Program-made: the position numbers and the translations under genes
Shown here: positions 18,677 to 28,609 of the stretch, piece after piece
How positions within the stretch are numbered: position 1 is the first letter of the stretch
Layout of the letters: every line of letters starts with the position of its first letter
The notes under the pieces: generated by a model
Told to the model about the DNA's origin: nothing
Seen by the model: the letters and a program-made list of their open reading frames with translations, nothing else
Database searches by the model: none
Origin: Acinetobacter wanghuae
GTDB taxonomy: Bacteria; Pseudomonadota; Gammaproteobacteria; Pseudomonadales; Moraxellaceae
NCBI RefSeq assembly: GCF_009557235.1
Contig: NZ_CP045650.1
Span: forward strand, 1,110,001-1,142,000
Direction of reading: 5' to 3'
Length of the DNA stretch: 32,000 nucleotides

Positions 18677-19288
18677 ATGAAGCTTTATTATTCCCCTGGT
18701 GCATGCTCATTGGCAGCGCATATTATTTTAAATGAAATTAATGTCGATTTTGATTTAGAACGTGTTGATCTAAAAAACCATAGAACTGAAAAAGGTGCGG
18801 ATTATTACGAGATTAATCCAAAAGGGTATGTACCGGCACTCGAAATTAATCCAGGTTTAATTCTGACAGAAAATGTGGCAATTTTGCCATTTTTAGCTCA
18901 GCACGATCCAAAACAAGATTTAATCCCGCCATCAGGCATGGGGCGTGCCAAAGTTTTAGAATGGCTTGGTTACTTAAATTCTGAATTACATGATGCTTAT
19001 GCAGTATTCTTCACGCAAAAGCCACAAGGTGAAGCTAAAGTGGCTGCGTATGCAGAAGTGGATCGTTTACTGAGCTATATAGATAAGACTATTGGTGAGT
19101 CGGACAATGATTATTTGGTAGATGATAACTTTGGTCCTGCCGATGCTTATCTCTTTGTTTTGACCAATTGGTCGAATCATATTGAACATGACTTAACGCC
19201 GTATCAAAATATTATTCATATTCGCAATAAAGTCGCTGAACGTCAGTCAGTACAAATTGCGATGCGCGATGAAGGTTTAATTCCTTAA
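18677..19288 (+). CDS. gstA: Glutathione S-transferase, beta class (GstA-like)
   Basis: 203 aa. The N-terminus MKLYYSPGACSLAAHI...NPKGYVPAL is collinear with E. coli GstA. An AAGGA RBS is present. Confidence 0.88.
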   Translation: MKLYYSPGACSLAAHIILNEINVDFDLERVDLKNHRTEKGADYYEINPKGYVPALEINPGLILTENVAILPFLAQHDPKQDLIPPSGMGRAKVLEWLGYLNSELHDAYAVFFTQKPQGEAKVAAYAEVDRLLSYIDKTIGESDNDYLVDDNFGPADAYLFVLTNWSNHIEHDLTPYQNIIHIRNKVAERQSVQIAMRDEGLIP

Positions 19289-19301
19289 TTTAGTGCCAAA
19301 T

Positions 19302-19330
19302 AAAAAGGACGCAGATAGCGTCCTTTTTTA
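19302..19330. terminator. Bidirectional rho-independent terminator (gst / DUF423 convergent)
   Basis: A-run, AGGACGC, loop AGATA, GCGTCCT, then T6. Confidence 0.75.
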
Positions 19331-19357
19331 TGTGAAAGCGAGTTGTGATTGAACTTG

Positions 19358-19723
19358 TTATCTCGCGTATTTCAATGCATTCCACGCTAAAACTAACCAG
19401 CCTGCAATCATGAGTGCACCACCGATCGGAGTAATTGCACCCAATCCGCGTGGTAGTCCTAAAGCCATGATATAGAGCGAACCACAGAATAAGAAAATAC
19501 CCATTTGAATGAGTATAAAGCTCCATTTAATGGGGAGCTGCGGAATCACTTTGGCAATAATCGCAAGCGCCAATAAGCCAAGCGCATGATAAAAGAAATA
19601 GTCTGTCGCAGTTTGCCACCAAGTGAGTTGTGCTTCAGTCGCACGGGCTTTTAAGCCATGTGCACCAAATGCACCGAGCATGACAGCAAAGGCAAGATTA
19701 AAGGCTGAAATTGCAATCCACAT
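19358..19723 (-). CDS. DUF423 (YgdD-like) small inner-membrane protein
   Basis: Four hydrophobic segments and the characteristic GAFGAHGL motif. An ATG at 19723 is preferred over the TTG at 19726. Confidence 0.85.
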   Translation of the reverse strand: MWIAISAFNLAFAVMLGAFGAHGLKARATEAQLTWWQTATDYFFYHALGLLALAIIAKVIPQLPIKWSFILIQMGIFLFCGSLYIMALGLPRGLGAITPIGGALMIAGWLVLAWNALKYAR

Positions 19724-19784
19724 CAATGGGTGGTCCTATAGAAGTAGGTATTAAATATACGCTGAAATTCAAAAAATGTGCAGA

Positions 19785-19812
19785 TAAAAGCCCCCATCAT
19801 TGGGGGCTTTCA
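19785..19812 (-). terminator. Rho-independent terminator after rpoH
   Basis: AAGCCCCCA-TCAT-TGGGGGCTT. On the minus strand it is followed by TTTTAT. Confidence 0.65.
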
Positions 19813-19831
19813 GGCAATAAAAAAACTAAAA

Positions 19832-20701
19832 TTAGTTAGATGACATTGCCACTTTAATTTTTTCCATGGCATTTTTTTCAAGCTGACGAATGCGTTCTGC
19901 CGAAACGTTGTATTCCGCAGCTAACTCATGCAAGGTTGATTTTTCATCATCTAGCCAACGGCGCTGCAAAATGTTACGCGAACGATCATCAAGTTGATCC
20001 ATGGCTTCATGCAGGGCAGAGCTACTTTGTTCTTCGTAGTCTTCATTTTCCACCAAGCGCGCTGGGTCGTAACGATTGTCTTCAAGATACAATGCAGGTG
20101 CAACATGGGTTGAACCTTCATCATCGTCATCACCCGATGCTTCAAATGCAGCATCGTAAGCGGTTAAACGACCTTCCATCTCTAACACTTGTTCAGCAGT
20201 GACATTTAAGTCATTGGCAATTTTTTGTGCTTCTTCAAGGGTCAGTTTTTTAGATGACTTCTTTAAGCTACGTAAATTAAAGAACAATTTACGTTGTGCT
20301 TTAGTGGTCGCAATTTTAACAATACGCCAGTTGCGAATCACGTATTCATGAATTTCAGCTTTGATCCAATGCACGGCAAATGACACCAAACGCACGCCCA
20401 TATTCGGGTCGAAACGTTTCACTGCCTTCATTAAGCCTAAGTTACCTTCTTGGATTAAGTCGCCTTGTGGCAAACCATAACCTGCGTAACTGCGTGCAAT
20501 ATGCACAACAAATCGTAAATGCGACATGACCAACATCTTGGCTGCATCTAAATCTTGGTCGTAATAATAACGGTCAGCCAACTCTTTTTCTTGTTCAGCC
20601 GTTAAAATCGGAATTTGATTCACAGTACTTATATAAGCACCGAGATTGACACCAGGCGCCGATAATGACAGGGGCATCAACTGATTGCTGCTGTCACTCA
20701 T
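19832..20701 (-). CDS. rpoH: RNA polymerase heat-shock sigma factor sigma32
   Basis: 289 aa with the RpoH box QRKLFFNLR and the segment [17 protein letters not shown]...[16 protein letters not shown]. An AAGGAG RBS is present. Confidence 0.96.
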   Translation of the reverse strand: MSDSSNQLMPLSLSAPGVNLGAYISTVNQIPILTAEQEKELADRYYYDQDLDAAKMLVMSHLRFVVHIARSYAGYGLPQGDLIQEGNLGLMKAVKRFDPNMGVRLVSFAVHWIKAEIHEYVIRNWRIVKIATTKAQRKLFFNLRSLKKSSKKLTLEEAQKIANDLNVTAEQVLEMEGRLTAYDAAFEASGDDDDEGSTHVAPALYLEDNRYDPARLVENEDYEEQSSSALHEAMDQLDDRSRNILQRRWLDDEKSTLHELAAEYNVSAERIRQLEKNAMEKIKVAMSSN

Positions 20702-20841
20702 GTGTTCTCCTTAAGGAATTTAGGATCATTCCAGAAAATAGATTTAATCTTAATCCAAACTCTAACCAAAAAATGAATATTTGGGTATAGAAATGTAATG
20801 TTTTATACCATTATGGAGGAAATGAGTTGAATTGAAAGTAG

Positions 20842-21075
20842 TTAAGATTCAATTAGGTAATGAAACTCATGCATAGAGATTTCTTTAAAATCATACTTTA
20901 ACTGATGTAACTGACAGTAACGAGCGACATCAATTTGACTATGAGGGTCAGATGACTTTAATAAATACACTGCACCATTTTGGCTTTTCAGCGCACGTTT
21001 CAACATTAAGACCGGCATAGGGCAAGGCTTGCCAAGGGCATCAATGATGTTGAGTTCGCTTTCAGGTTCACTCAT
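20842..21075 (-). CDS. TusA/SirA-family sulfur-carrier-like protein
   Basis: It has the conserved G-x-x-CPxP motif (ALGKPCPMPVLMLKRAL). The ATG at 21075 gives 77 aa, typical for the family. The track ORF extends to an unlikely TTG at 21144. Confidence 0.72.
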   Translation of the reverse strand: MSEPESELNIIDALGKPCPMPVLMLKRALKSQNGAVYLLKSSDPHSQIDVARYCQLHQLKYDFKEISMHEFHYLIES

Positions 21076-21470
21076 GACAATTGGATTCACATCACCTACA
21101 GAGATCAATAATATTAACAAAAATAGCTGCAAATAGGATGCCAAATTTGCATTTTATATACGAATAATTGCCTGAAAAATACAATATAAAAAAAATCGGT
21201 AAAGATGTGAAAAAAATAGCTAAATCAAGCAAAACAAACCCGAAAAAGGTCTTTTTTTTGTCATAAACCCATGATAAGCTCGTTGCGTATTTGGGTGTTT
21301 AGAAAGACAAATTGCTTGTTTTTCGCTCGAATGTGAAATGGATGTAACCGGGATTTTGTTAATAGTTTTATAGAATGATTACAAGCTTAAAAATAATATT
21401 TTCGAACTTGTTTGCTCTGCTGTTTGCAACACCGGGTTGTCCTTTTTTTAGTTTCAATGAGGATTAACTT

Positions 21471-21686
21471 ATGACAGATGCTCGCGAACAAGGTGTAGTT
21501 AAGTGGTTTAACGATACTAAAGGCTTTGGATTTATTCAACGTAACGGCGGTGATGACGTATTCGTTCATTTCCGTGCAATCCAAGGTGAAGGCCATCGCT
21601 CACTTCGTGACGGTCAACGTGTTGAATTCAGCGTTGTAAAAGGCCAAAAAGGCTTCCAAGCTGAAGAAGTTCAACCATTAGATTAA
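21471..21686 (+). CDS. Cold-shock domain protein (CspA family)
   Basis: 71 aa with RNP1 KGFGFI and RNP2 VFVHF, a GAGGA RBS, and a long upstream untranslated region. Confidence 0.95.
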   Translation: MTDAREQGVVKWFNDTKGFGFIQRNGGDDVFVHFRAIQGEGHRSLRDGQRVEFSVVKGQKGFQAEEVQPLD

Positions 21687-21703
21687 TCTTCGGATTATGC
21701 GAA

Positions 21704-21737
21704 TAAAACGCTCCAATATAAATTGGGGCGTTTTTTG
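21704..21737 (+). terminator. Rho-independent terminator after csp
   Basis: 10-bp stem ACGCTCCAAT / ATTGGGGCGT, loop ATAA, then T6. Confidence 0.75.
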
Positions 21738-21784
21738 TTTATACTATACTAATCTTATCGATTACCACTTTAGAGCACCGCTTT

Positions 21785-22936
21785 ATGTCATCTGGTTTTG
21801 AAACCTTAAATTTACATCCAAATTTGAAACAAGCGATCGACGCTTTAGGCTTTTCTTCTATGACGCCTATTCAGGAGAAGGTTTTAAAATTCACGCTGGC
21901 AGGTCACGATGCGATTGGTCGTGCTCAAACCGGTACAGGTAAAACAGCTGCATTTTTGGTTAGTATCATTAATGACTTGCTTTCAAACCCTGTAAAAGAA
22001 CAACGATTCCGTGGTGAGCCACGTGCTTTAATTTTGGCACCTACGCGTGAATTGGCATTGCAAATTGAAAGTGATGCGCATGAGTTGACTAAATTTAGTG
22101 ACTTGCATGTGGTGACACTCCTTGGTGGTGTCGATTTTGACAAACAAAAGAAACAACTCGATAAAGCACCAGTCGATATTATGGTCGCAACACCGGGTCG
22201 TTTAATTGATTTTGTGGAACAAAAAGAAGTTTGGCTCGATCAAATTGAATTCTTGGTGATTGATGAAGCTGACCGTCTTTTGGATATGGGCTTTATTCCT
22301 TCAGTAAAACGTATTGTGCGTTTCTCGCCGCGTAAAGAGCAGCGTCAAACGTTAATGTTCTCTGCAACATTTAGTTATGACGTTTTAAATCTTGCACAGC
22401 AATGGTTGTTTGAGCCGGTAACGGTCGAGATCGAGCCTGAGAAAAAAACCAATGCCGATGTTGAGCAGCGCGTTTATATGGTTGCAAAAACGGATAAATA
22501 CAAATTATTGCAAGAAATTTTACGTGATGAGCCAATTGAAAAAGTCATGATCTTTGCCAATCGTCGTGATCAAGTACGTAAACTCTATGATCATTTAAAA
22601 CGTGATGGCTATAAAGTCGTTATGTTGTCAGGTGAAATCGCTCAAGACAAACGGACCAAAATGCTTGATCAATTTAAAAATGGTCAACACAATATTATGA
22701 TTGCGACCGATGTTGCAGGTCGTGGGATTCATGTCGACAATGTGTCACACGTGGTGAATTTCACTTTACCTGAACAATCAGATGACTATGTGCATCGTAT
22801 TGGGCGTACCGGTCGTGCGGGTGCGCAAGGTGTAAGTATTAGTTTCTTGTCAGAAGATGATGCGTTCTATTTGCCTGAAATTGAAAAAGCCATTGGTCAA
22901 AAATTACCTTTAACGCGCCTTGATGGTTACTGTTAA
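21785..22936 (+). CDS. rhlB: DEAD-box ATP-dependent RNA helicase (RhlB-like, lacking the Arg-rich tail)
   Basis: 383 aa with a Q-motif region, AQTGTGKT, PTRELA, DEAD, SAT and HRIGRTGRAG. Confidence 0.85.
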   Translation: MSSGFETLNLHPNLKQAIDALGFSSMTPIQEKVLKFTLAGHDAIGRAQTGTGKTAAFLVSIINDLLSNPVKEQRFRGEPRALILAPTRELALQIESDAHELTKFSDLHVVTLLGGVDFDKQKKQLDKAPVDIMVATPGRLIDFVEQKEVWLDQIEFLVIDEADRLLDMGFIPSVKRIVRFSPRKEQRQTLMFSATFSYDVLNLAQQWLFEPVTVEIEPEKKTNADVEQRVYMVAKTDKYKLLQEILRDEPIEKVMIFANRRDQVRKLYDHLKRDGYKVVMLSGEIAQDKRTKMLDQFKNGQHNIMIATDVAGRGIHVDNVSHVVNFTLPEQSDDYVHRIGRTGRAGAQGVSISFLSEDDAFYLPEIEKAIGQKLPLTRLDGYC

Positions 22937-22949
22937 TTCTTGATTGAAA

Positions 22950-22981
22950 TAAAAAAACCGCTCATCTGAGCGGTTTTTTTA
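22950..22981. terminator. Bidirectional rho-independent terminator (helicase / lipoprotein convergent)
   Basis: A7, ACCGCTCA-TC-TGAGCGGT, then T7. Confidence 0.8.
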
Positions 22982-23002
22982 TTTTGTGTATCTGATTTTT
23001 AA

Positions 23003-23383
23003 TTAATTGGCTTGGCAACGGAAAGTCAGCACAGTTTGATAATCATCATCCTTGCTTAAGCCGGCATTACGTCCTGCAATATTACCAATTACGTTTGCGG
23101 CTGCTTGAATGAGTTGCCCTGTTTGTTCATCAACGACACCTTTTAAAGCACCGCTGTATGCCGTTTGTTCATCGGTCAAAACAGGCGACGCTTTATTGCC
23201 GCAAGTTTTATTCGCAGCTGAAATGGCATTGTTTTTCGCAATAATTTGAGTTTTGCCTAAGCCTGTCACTTCATATTGGTTATTTTCTTTTTGAATGGCT
23301 AAAGAATTCGTCGGTGTAGATGCACATGCGCTTAACAATGCAGCTGCAGCGATTGCGCTTGCCAACGTGATTATTTTTTTCAT
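23003..23383 (-). CDS. Hypothetical lipoprotein
   Basis: 126 aa with a signal peptide and lipobox LLSAC. Two further Cys residues suggest a possible disulfide. Confidence 0.75.
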   Translation of the reverse strand: MKKIITLASAIAAAALLSACASTPTNSLAIQKENNQYEVTGLGKTQIIAKNNAISAANKTCGNKASPVLTDEQTAYSGALKGVVDEQTGQLIQAAANVIGNIAGRNAGLSKDDDYQTVLTFRCQAN

Positions 23384-23642
23384 CGTTCAGAAACCCGAAT
23401 ATATAAATTAATTTAAATTAAAACATATCCATGCGCGGGAAATGCTGACTTGATGTATGGGTTTTGCAGCATTTTGCTATTTCTATGTCAAAGGGCTTGA
23501 ATGCTTAGACTGTAAATTTTTGCATCTATTAGTAAGGAACAATTGCGCCATTTAGATAGATAAAGCGGTTGAATTTTCTAGAGTAAATACACCTGATTAT
23601 GCTAATCTTGAAGGTAGTTTATAAGCATAGAAAATCAAGACA

Positions 23643-24251
23643 ATGATGGAATCTGTGGTTGATATCGTTCACCAAAATATGCACCAACGCCAATCCATTG
23701 GACATTTGCTCCAACCCGCACCGAATACTGAACAATTAGAGTTGGCATTTCAAGCGGCTTTAACCGCACCAGATCATCATCGACTGAAACCGACTAAATT
23801 TGTGGTGATTTCGCCTGAGCAACGTGAAGCGTTTGGTGAGTTGTTATCACAAGCATTGGTCGATTTAGGCGAAACTGAAATTGCTCAAATTGAGCGTGTG
23901 AAAAATCATCCATTGCGTGCGCCTTTATTGGTACTGGCATTAACGACTTTACAAGATCATCCTAAAGTACCCCATTTTGAACAAATTTTAAGTTCAGGTG
24001 CTGCCATTCAAAACTTTATTTTGTCTTTACAAGTTCAAGGTTTTTCGACCATTTGGCGTAGTGGGGCGGTCGTTAAGTCGGTACTATTAAAAGAAGCGCT
24101 TGGCATTACAGCGCATGATTTAGTCTCAGGTATTATTTATATTGGGACTGCTGCAAAAGCCATTGCACCGCGCGCAGAAATAGATGCACAGCAGTATGTC
24201 AGTCATTGGCATGAGCATCATGAAGTAAATGTTCGCAGTTCAGAACAATAA
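23643..24251 (+). CDS. NAD(P)H nitroreductase family protein (YdjA-like)
   Basis: 202 aa, collinear with E. coli YdjA (APDH, RAPLL, GF..IWRSGA motifs). Confidence 0.85.
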   Translation: MMESVVDIVHQNMHQRQSIGHLLQPAPNTEQLELAFQAALTAPDHHRLKPTKFVVISPEQREAFGELLSQALVDLGETEIAQIERVKNHPLRAPLLVLALTTLQDHPKVPHFEQILSSGAAIQNFILSLQVQGFSTIWRSGAVVKSVLLKEALGITAHDLVSGIIYIGTAAKAIAPRAEIDAQQYVSHWHEHHEVNVRSSEQ

Positions 24252-24266
24252 GGATATGCAAAATAA

Positions 24267-25340
24267 ATGTCAGAATTAAAATTTTCAGACTTGGTTGAAC
24301 CTGTGGTGCTGGATCAAAAAACAGCATTGCGTGTAACCGTATTGGGTGGCGGTAGTTTTGGCACAGCCATGGCAAATACAGCAGTACGAAATGGCTGTAA
24401 TACCATGATATGGATTCGTGATGCCGAGGCGGCTGCGGATATCAATCAAACCCATATTAATAAGCGCTACTTGCCTGATTTTCAGCTAGAAGAAGGTTTA
24501 GTGGCGGTTTCTGATATTGAAACAGCAGTACGTGATCGAGATATTATTTTGGTCGCAATTCCAAGTCATTCTTTTCGTTCAGTCTTGCAACAAATTAAAC
24601 CGTTTATTACTTCCCAAGCTGTGATTTCGCTGACCAAAGGGATTGAAGCAGATACCTTTAGCTTTATGAGCGATATCATTCGTGAAGAATTGCCTGAAGT
24701 GCCGTATGGTGTGTTGTCTGGTCCGAATCTTGCGAAAGAAATTGTATCGGGGCAGCCCGCGGGAACCGTGATTGCTAGTGAGTCTGAATTGGTGCGTTAT
24801 GCGGTGCAACAAGCCTTGCATAGTGCATTATTCCGTGTGTTTGCGAGTGACGATGTACATGGGGTTGAACTCGGTGGCGCGCTTAAAAATATTTATGCGG
24901 TCGCCATGGGTATGGCTGCAGCCTATAACGTGGGTGAAAATACCAAGAGTATGATTTTGACGCGCGCGCTCGCTGAAATGAGTCGTTTTGCGGTTAAGTT
25001 AGGGGCGAACCCATTAACCTTCTTGGGTTTGTCAGGTGTGGGTGATTTATTTGCGACCTGTAGTAGTCCTTTAAGTCGCAATTATCAAGTTGGTTTTGCA
25101 TTGGGTAAAGGTAAAACGCTTGAGCAAGCGACCACTGAATTGGGGCAAACCGCTGAAGGGATTAATACTATTATTCAGGTCAAAGCACGCTGCCAAGAAC
25201 TTGATGTGTATATGCCGATTACCTGTGCTTTGTATGATGTGATTTTTGAGGGTGCGCCACCGATGAGTATTGCGGTGTCACTGATGAAAAATGGGCATCG
25301 CAGTGATGTCGAGTTTGTGCTCCCACATCATCAAGTGTAA
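24267..25340 (+). CDS. gpsA: NAD(P)H-dependent glycerol-3-phosphate dehydrogenase
   Basis: 357 aa with the Rossmann motif VLGGGSFGTA, plus GPNLAKE and GALKN motifs. Confidence 0.95.
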   Translation: MSELKFSDLVEPVVLDQKTALRVTVLGGGSFGTAMANTAVRNGCNTMIWIRDAEAAADINQTHINKRYLPDFQLEEGLVAVSDIETAVRDRDIILVAIPSHSFRSVLQQIKPFITSQAVISLTKGIEADTFSFMSDIIREELPEVPYGVLSGPNLAKEIVSGQPAGTVIASESELVRYAVQQALHSALFRVFASDDVHGVELGGALKNIYAVAMGMAAAYNVGENTKSMILTRALAEMSRFAVKLGANPLTFLGLSGVGDLFATCSSPLSRNYQVGFALGKGKTLEQATTELGQTAEGINTIIQVKARCQELDVYMPITCALYDVIFEGAPPMSIAVSLMKNGHRSDVEFVLPHHQV

Positions 25341-25409
25341 TCAATGAGAAATGCGATGCTGACAAAATGTTAAAGTTTAGCATCGCTAGTATGATGAAAA
25401 GGACAGATT

Positions 25410-25865
25410 ATGCTATTAACACTGGTACGCCACGGTGAAGCCGGACATCCATTTGGTGTCAATGATCATCAACGCCCATTAACAGCGCGTGGGCATGCGC
25501 AAGCCGCAGAAACGGCACAATACTTAAAAGATGTGGTGCAGCCTGAAGTGTTTGTGGTCAGTCCGTTGTTACGTGCGCAAGAAACCTTAAAACATCTGCA
25601 AGCGTATTTTAAAGATGTGCCTGTGGTGGTATGTAATACCATTAAGCCAGAAGATGATGCAAAAGTTGCGCTTGAATGGTTGTCACAACTCCCATACGAG
25701 TCTATTGTGGTGGTGTGTCATATGAATGTGGTGGCGCACCTTTCGGCTTTAATGACCGCGGAGCCATTTTATCCTTATGCACTTGCAGAGGCGCGGGTAT
25801 TTGAGCAAGCGGTGATTGCTTCAGGCTTATCGACGCAAGTAAAACGATTTATTCCAACACTATAA
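25410..25865 (+). CDS. sixA: Phosphohistidine phosphatase SixA
   Basis: 151 aa with the histidine-phosphatase RHG motif (LVRHGEA) plus RPLT..G, and a size typical for SixA. Confidence 0.8.
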   Translation: MLLTLVRHGEAGHPFGVNDHQRPLTARGHAQAAETAQYLKDVVQPEVFVVSPLLRAQETLKHLQAYFKDVPVVVCNTIKPEDDAKVALEWLSQLPYESIVVVCHMNVVAHLSALMTAEPFYPYALAEARVFEQAVIASGLSTQVKRFIPTL

Positions 25866-25893
25866 AATTTATTAAAACGGCAGAATTCAATCG

Positions 25894-27033
25894 ATGTTGT
25901 ATTTATGGATGCCAGAAGCCAACGGAAAGTGGCAATGGACAGATGGGGGCTTTTGGAACACGGCGCTTAGCATGGAGCAGTTGATCCAAGAAACGCAAAG
26001 CTATCACGGCAACGATGTTGTGGTATTTTTCCCGAGTCGCCATGCACAAATCATGGAACTTTCAATGCCCAAACAGCAATACAAGAAAATGGGGCAAGAG
26101 GGAATCAAATATTTACTTGAGGAATATGTCGTACTGCCCATTGATGCAATGAAAGTATTGCATCATTTTGAGCAACCCGATCAACTTAGTATTTTAGGCA
26201 TTGCCAATACGATGTTGGAAACCTTTCAGCATTCGCTGCATTTATTGCCATTCAAAGTTGAAGCATTATTACCTGACTTTTTAATTCTACCAAAGCCAAT
26301 AGATGGGCAGGCTGTGATTGCAAATATTGCGGATCGGGTCTTGGTACGAGATGCGGAATATCGCGGACATTCGATTGATGATTTAAGCTTGTACTTAGAT
26401 TATCAGCCCAAAGATATGCAGTATGTGGTAAGCAAATTAAATACTGAGCAGATGCAAGCTTTGGAAGCCAAAGCTAATTTTGATCAAGTTGAATCTTTTC
26501 AATATACGTTTCAAGGTATTAAAAAACCAAAACAACATGCTTTTAATATCTTACCTAAAGTCAAATCTGAAGGACGTGTATCAGGCTATTGGAAAGCCTG
26601 CGCTGCAATCTTGTGTGGAATTTTAATTATTCAATTCAGTTATGATACTGTGCGTTGGTATCAAAATAAAAATATTGCCAATCAAACTGCTGCGCAAGCC
26701 ATCGATCAATTTAAATATTGGTTTGGGCAAAATTATCCAGTGACTGAGCAAAATATTAAAAGTCAATTCGAAGGGCAACTGCGTCAAAGCCAAATTGCCG
26801 ATACGCAAGCATTTGCTTTAATTGCCCGGGTTGGCCCTGTTTTAATGCAAAACCAAATTGTGGCACAGCGCGTCAATTATGCAGATGCAGCATTGAGCAT
26901 GGAGCTCAAAGCCAACCATGCAGAAGCCTTAAATGTGTTGGTTAAGCAACTTGGCTCACAAGGTTTTAAAGTGGAATTGGGGAATATTCAAGCCGGTGGT
27001 GCGGGTGCGGTGGGAGTGGTGAAAATACAATAA
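25894..27033 (+). CDS. gspL: Type II secretion system protein L
   Basis: 379 aa. It has an N-terminal cytoplasmic domain, a single TM segment (ACAAILCGILIIQF) and a periplasmic C-terminal domain. Its stop overlaps the gspM start (TAATG). Confidence 0.8.
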   Translation: MLYLWMPEANGKWQWTDGGFWNTALSMEQLIQETQSYHGNDVVVFFPSRHAQIMELSMPKQQYKKMGQEGIKYLLEEYVVLPIDAMKVLHHFEQPDQLSILGIANTMLETFQHSLHLLPFKVEALLPDFLILPKPIDGQAVIANIADRVLVRDAEYRGHSIDDLSLYLDYQPKDMQYVVSKLNTEQMQALEAKANFDQVESFQYTFQGIKKPKQHAFNILPKVKSEGRVSGYWKACAAILCGILIIQFSYDTVRWYQNKNIANQTAAQAIDQFKYWFGQNYPVTEQNIKSQFEGQLRQSQIADTQAFALIARVGPVLMQNQIVAQRVNYADAALSMELKANHAEALNVLVKQLGSQGFKVELGNIQAGGAGAVGVVKIQ

Positions 27034-27512
27034 TGAAAACTTTAGAAAATATACAAACGCAGCTTGACCTTCGTATTGAGAAAATCAAAGACTATTTAGA
27101 TCAGCTCTCTACACGTGAACGTTGGATGGTCATTTTGACCACAATTTTTGTGCTTATCGCAGGCATTGGATCTGCATTGTGGACGATGCATCAAGCAGCT
27201 GACGCACAGCAAAAAAGACTGAATCAACTGAAAGACACCATGGTGTGGATGCAAAGCAATGCAGTGAGCATGAAGCCCGCAGGGGATTTACAACTCGACG
27301 CTGCAGAAAAAGTGCAACGTGTAGCACAGCAACAAGGATTGTCGGTCAGTTCACAACAAATGGATACGAAGATTGTGCTCACAGTTAGTCATGAAAATTA
27401 TGCGGTCTTGGCAAACTTTCTTACACAATTGGCACAAATGGGTTTGAGTGTAGAAAAAATGGAACTAATTCAAGATGCTGGGTTGATTAAATTATCAGCG
27501 ACCATGCAATAA
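27033..27512 (+). CDS. gspM: Type II secretion system protein M
   Basis: 159 aa with the LSTRERWMV motif followed by a TM segment. Its size and its position after gspL fit the family. Confidence 0.75.
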   Translation: MKTLENIQTQLDLRIEKIKDYLDQLSTRERWMVILTTIFVLIAGIGSALWTMHQAADAQQKRLNQLKDTMVWMQSNAVSMKPAGDLQLDAAEKVQRVAQQQGLSVSSQQMDTKIVLTVSHENYAVLANFLTQLAQMGLSVEKMELIQDAGLIKLSATMQ

Positions 27513-27602
27513 ACGGTAAAAATAAAGATTTGCAAAGCATGGTTTTTTTGTCAACCTGTGCCTATAATATGCCGACTTAAAAAGCAGTAGACTTTTCTAG
27601 AT

Positions 27603-28604
27603 ATGTTGTATTCTCTAGCCCGCCCTTTGTTGTTTTCTTTAGCACCAGAGCGTGCCCATGAGCTGACATTATCACTATTAAAATCATCCTATAATATGGG
27701 CATGATACGTCAAAATGTTGCTGCAAAACCGGTAACCTGTATGGGAATTGAGTTCCCAAATCCAGTCGGGTTGGCAGCAGGTTTAGACAAAAATGGTGCC
27801 TATATTGATGCCCTTGCTGCACAAGGTTTCGGTTTTATCGAAATCGGTACCATCACTCCACTGCCTCAAGCAGGCAATCCTCATCCTCGATTATTCCGTC
27901 TACCGAAAGCCAAAGCGATTATTAACCGTATGGGGTTCAATAATGACGGTGTGGATCAACTGGTTGAAAATGTCAAAGCCGCAAAATTTAAAGGCGTTTT
28001 AGGCATTAATATTGGTAAAAATGCGGTTACATCTGTTGAAAAAGCTGTCGATGATTACTTGATTTGTCTCGAAAAAGTATATAACTACGCGTCTTATGTG
28101 ACCGTCAATATTTCATCACCAAATACCAAAAATCTGCGTAGCTTGCAAAGTGGTGATGCCTTAACAGAACTGCTTGAAACGTTAAAAAAACGTCAACTTG
28201 AGCTTGCACAACAATACCAACACTATGTACCTTTAGTACTCAAAGTCGCACCTGACTTGGAAGCTGAGGATATTCAGTTTATTGCCCAGCAATTATTGAA
28301 ATTTAAAATTGATGGTTTGATTGTGACCAATACCACTTTATCGCGTGAAGGCGTGGAAGGTTTGGAACATGCTGAAGAAACCGGTGGTTTGTCTGGTGCG
28401 CCGGTTTTTGAGAAAAGTACAGCATGTTTGGCTGCATTTTCAAAACTGCTTCAAGGTCAAATTGCCTTGATTGGTGTCGGTGGTATTTTATCTGGCGCGG
28501 ACGCTGTTGCGAAAAAACAAGCCGGTGCATCCCTTGTACAAGTGTATAGTGGCCTCATCTATACAGGACCGAAGCTGGTTAAAGCCTGCGTAGATGCGTT
28601 TTAA
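27603..28604 (+). CDS. pyrD: Dihydroorotate dehydrogenase (quinone), class 2
   Basis: 333 aa, collinear with E. coli PyrD ([37 protein letters not shown]). Confidence 0.95.
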   Translation: MLYSLARPLLFSLAPERAHELTLSLLKSSYNMGMIRQNVAAKPVTCMGIEFPNPVGLAAGLDKNGAYIDALAAQGFGFIEIGTITPLPQAGNPHPRLFRLPKAKAIINRMGFNNDGVDQLVENVKAAKFKGVLGINIGKNAVTSVEKAVDDYLICLEKVYNYASYVTVNISSPNTKNLRSLQSGDALTELLETLKKRQLELAQQYQHYVPLVLKVAPDLEAEDIQFIAQQLLKFKIDGLIVTNTTLSREGVEGLEHAEETGGLSGAPVFEKSTACLAAFSKLLQGQIALIGVGGILSGADAVAKKQAGASLVQVYSGLIYTGPKLVKACVDAF

Positions 28605-28609
28605 AATTT

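Noticed and set aside
20702-20735. 5-bp stem (GGAAT/ATTCC) next to the rpoH Shine-Dalgarno, considered as an RNA thermometer
   Set aside because: The stem is too short and AT-rich to be significant. Known rpoH thermosensing involves coding-region structure, which I cannot evaluate by eye.
21240-21262. ACC-CGAAAAA-GGT followed by T8, considered as a terminator or sRNA 3' end in the csp upstream region
   Set aside because: The stem is only 3 bp. The T-run alone is not evidence in AT-rich intergenic DNA.
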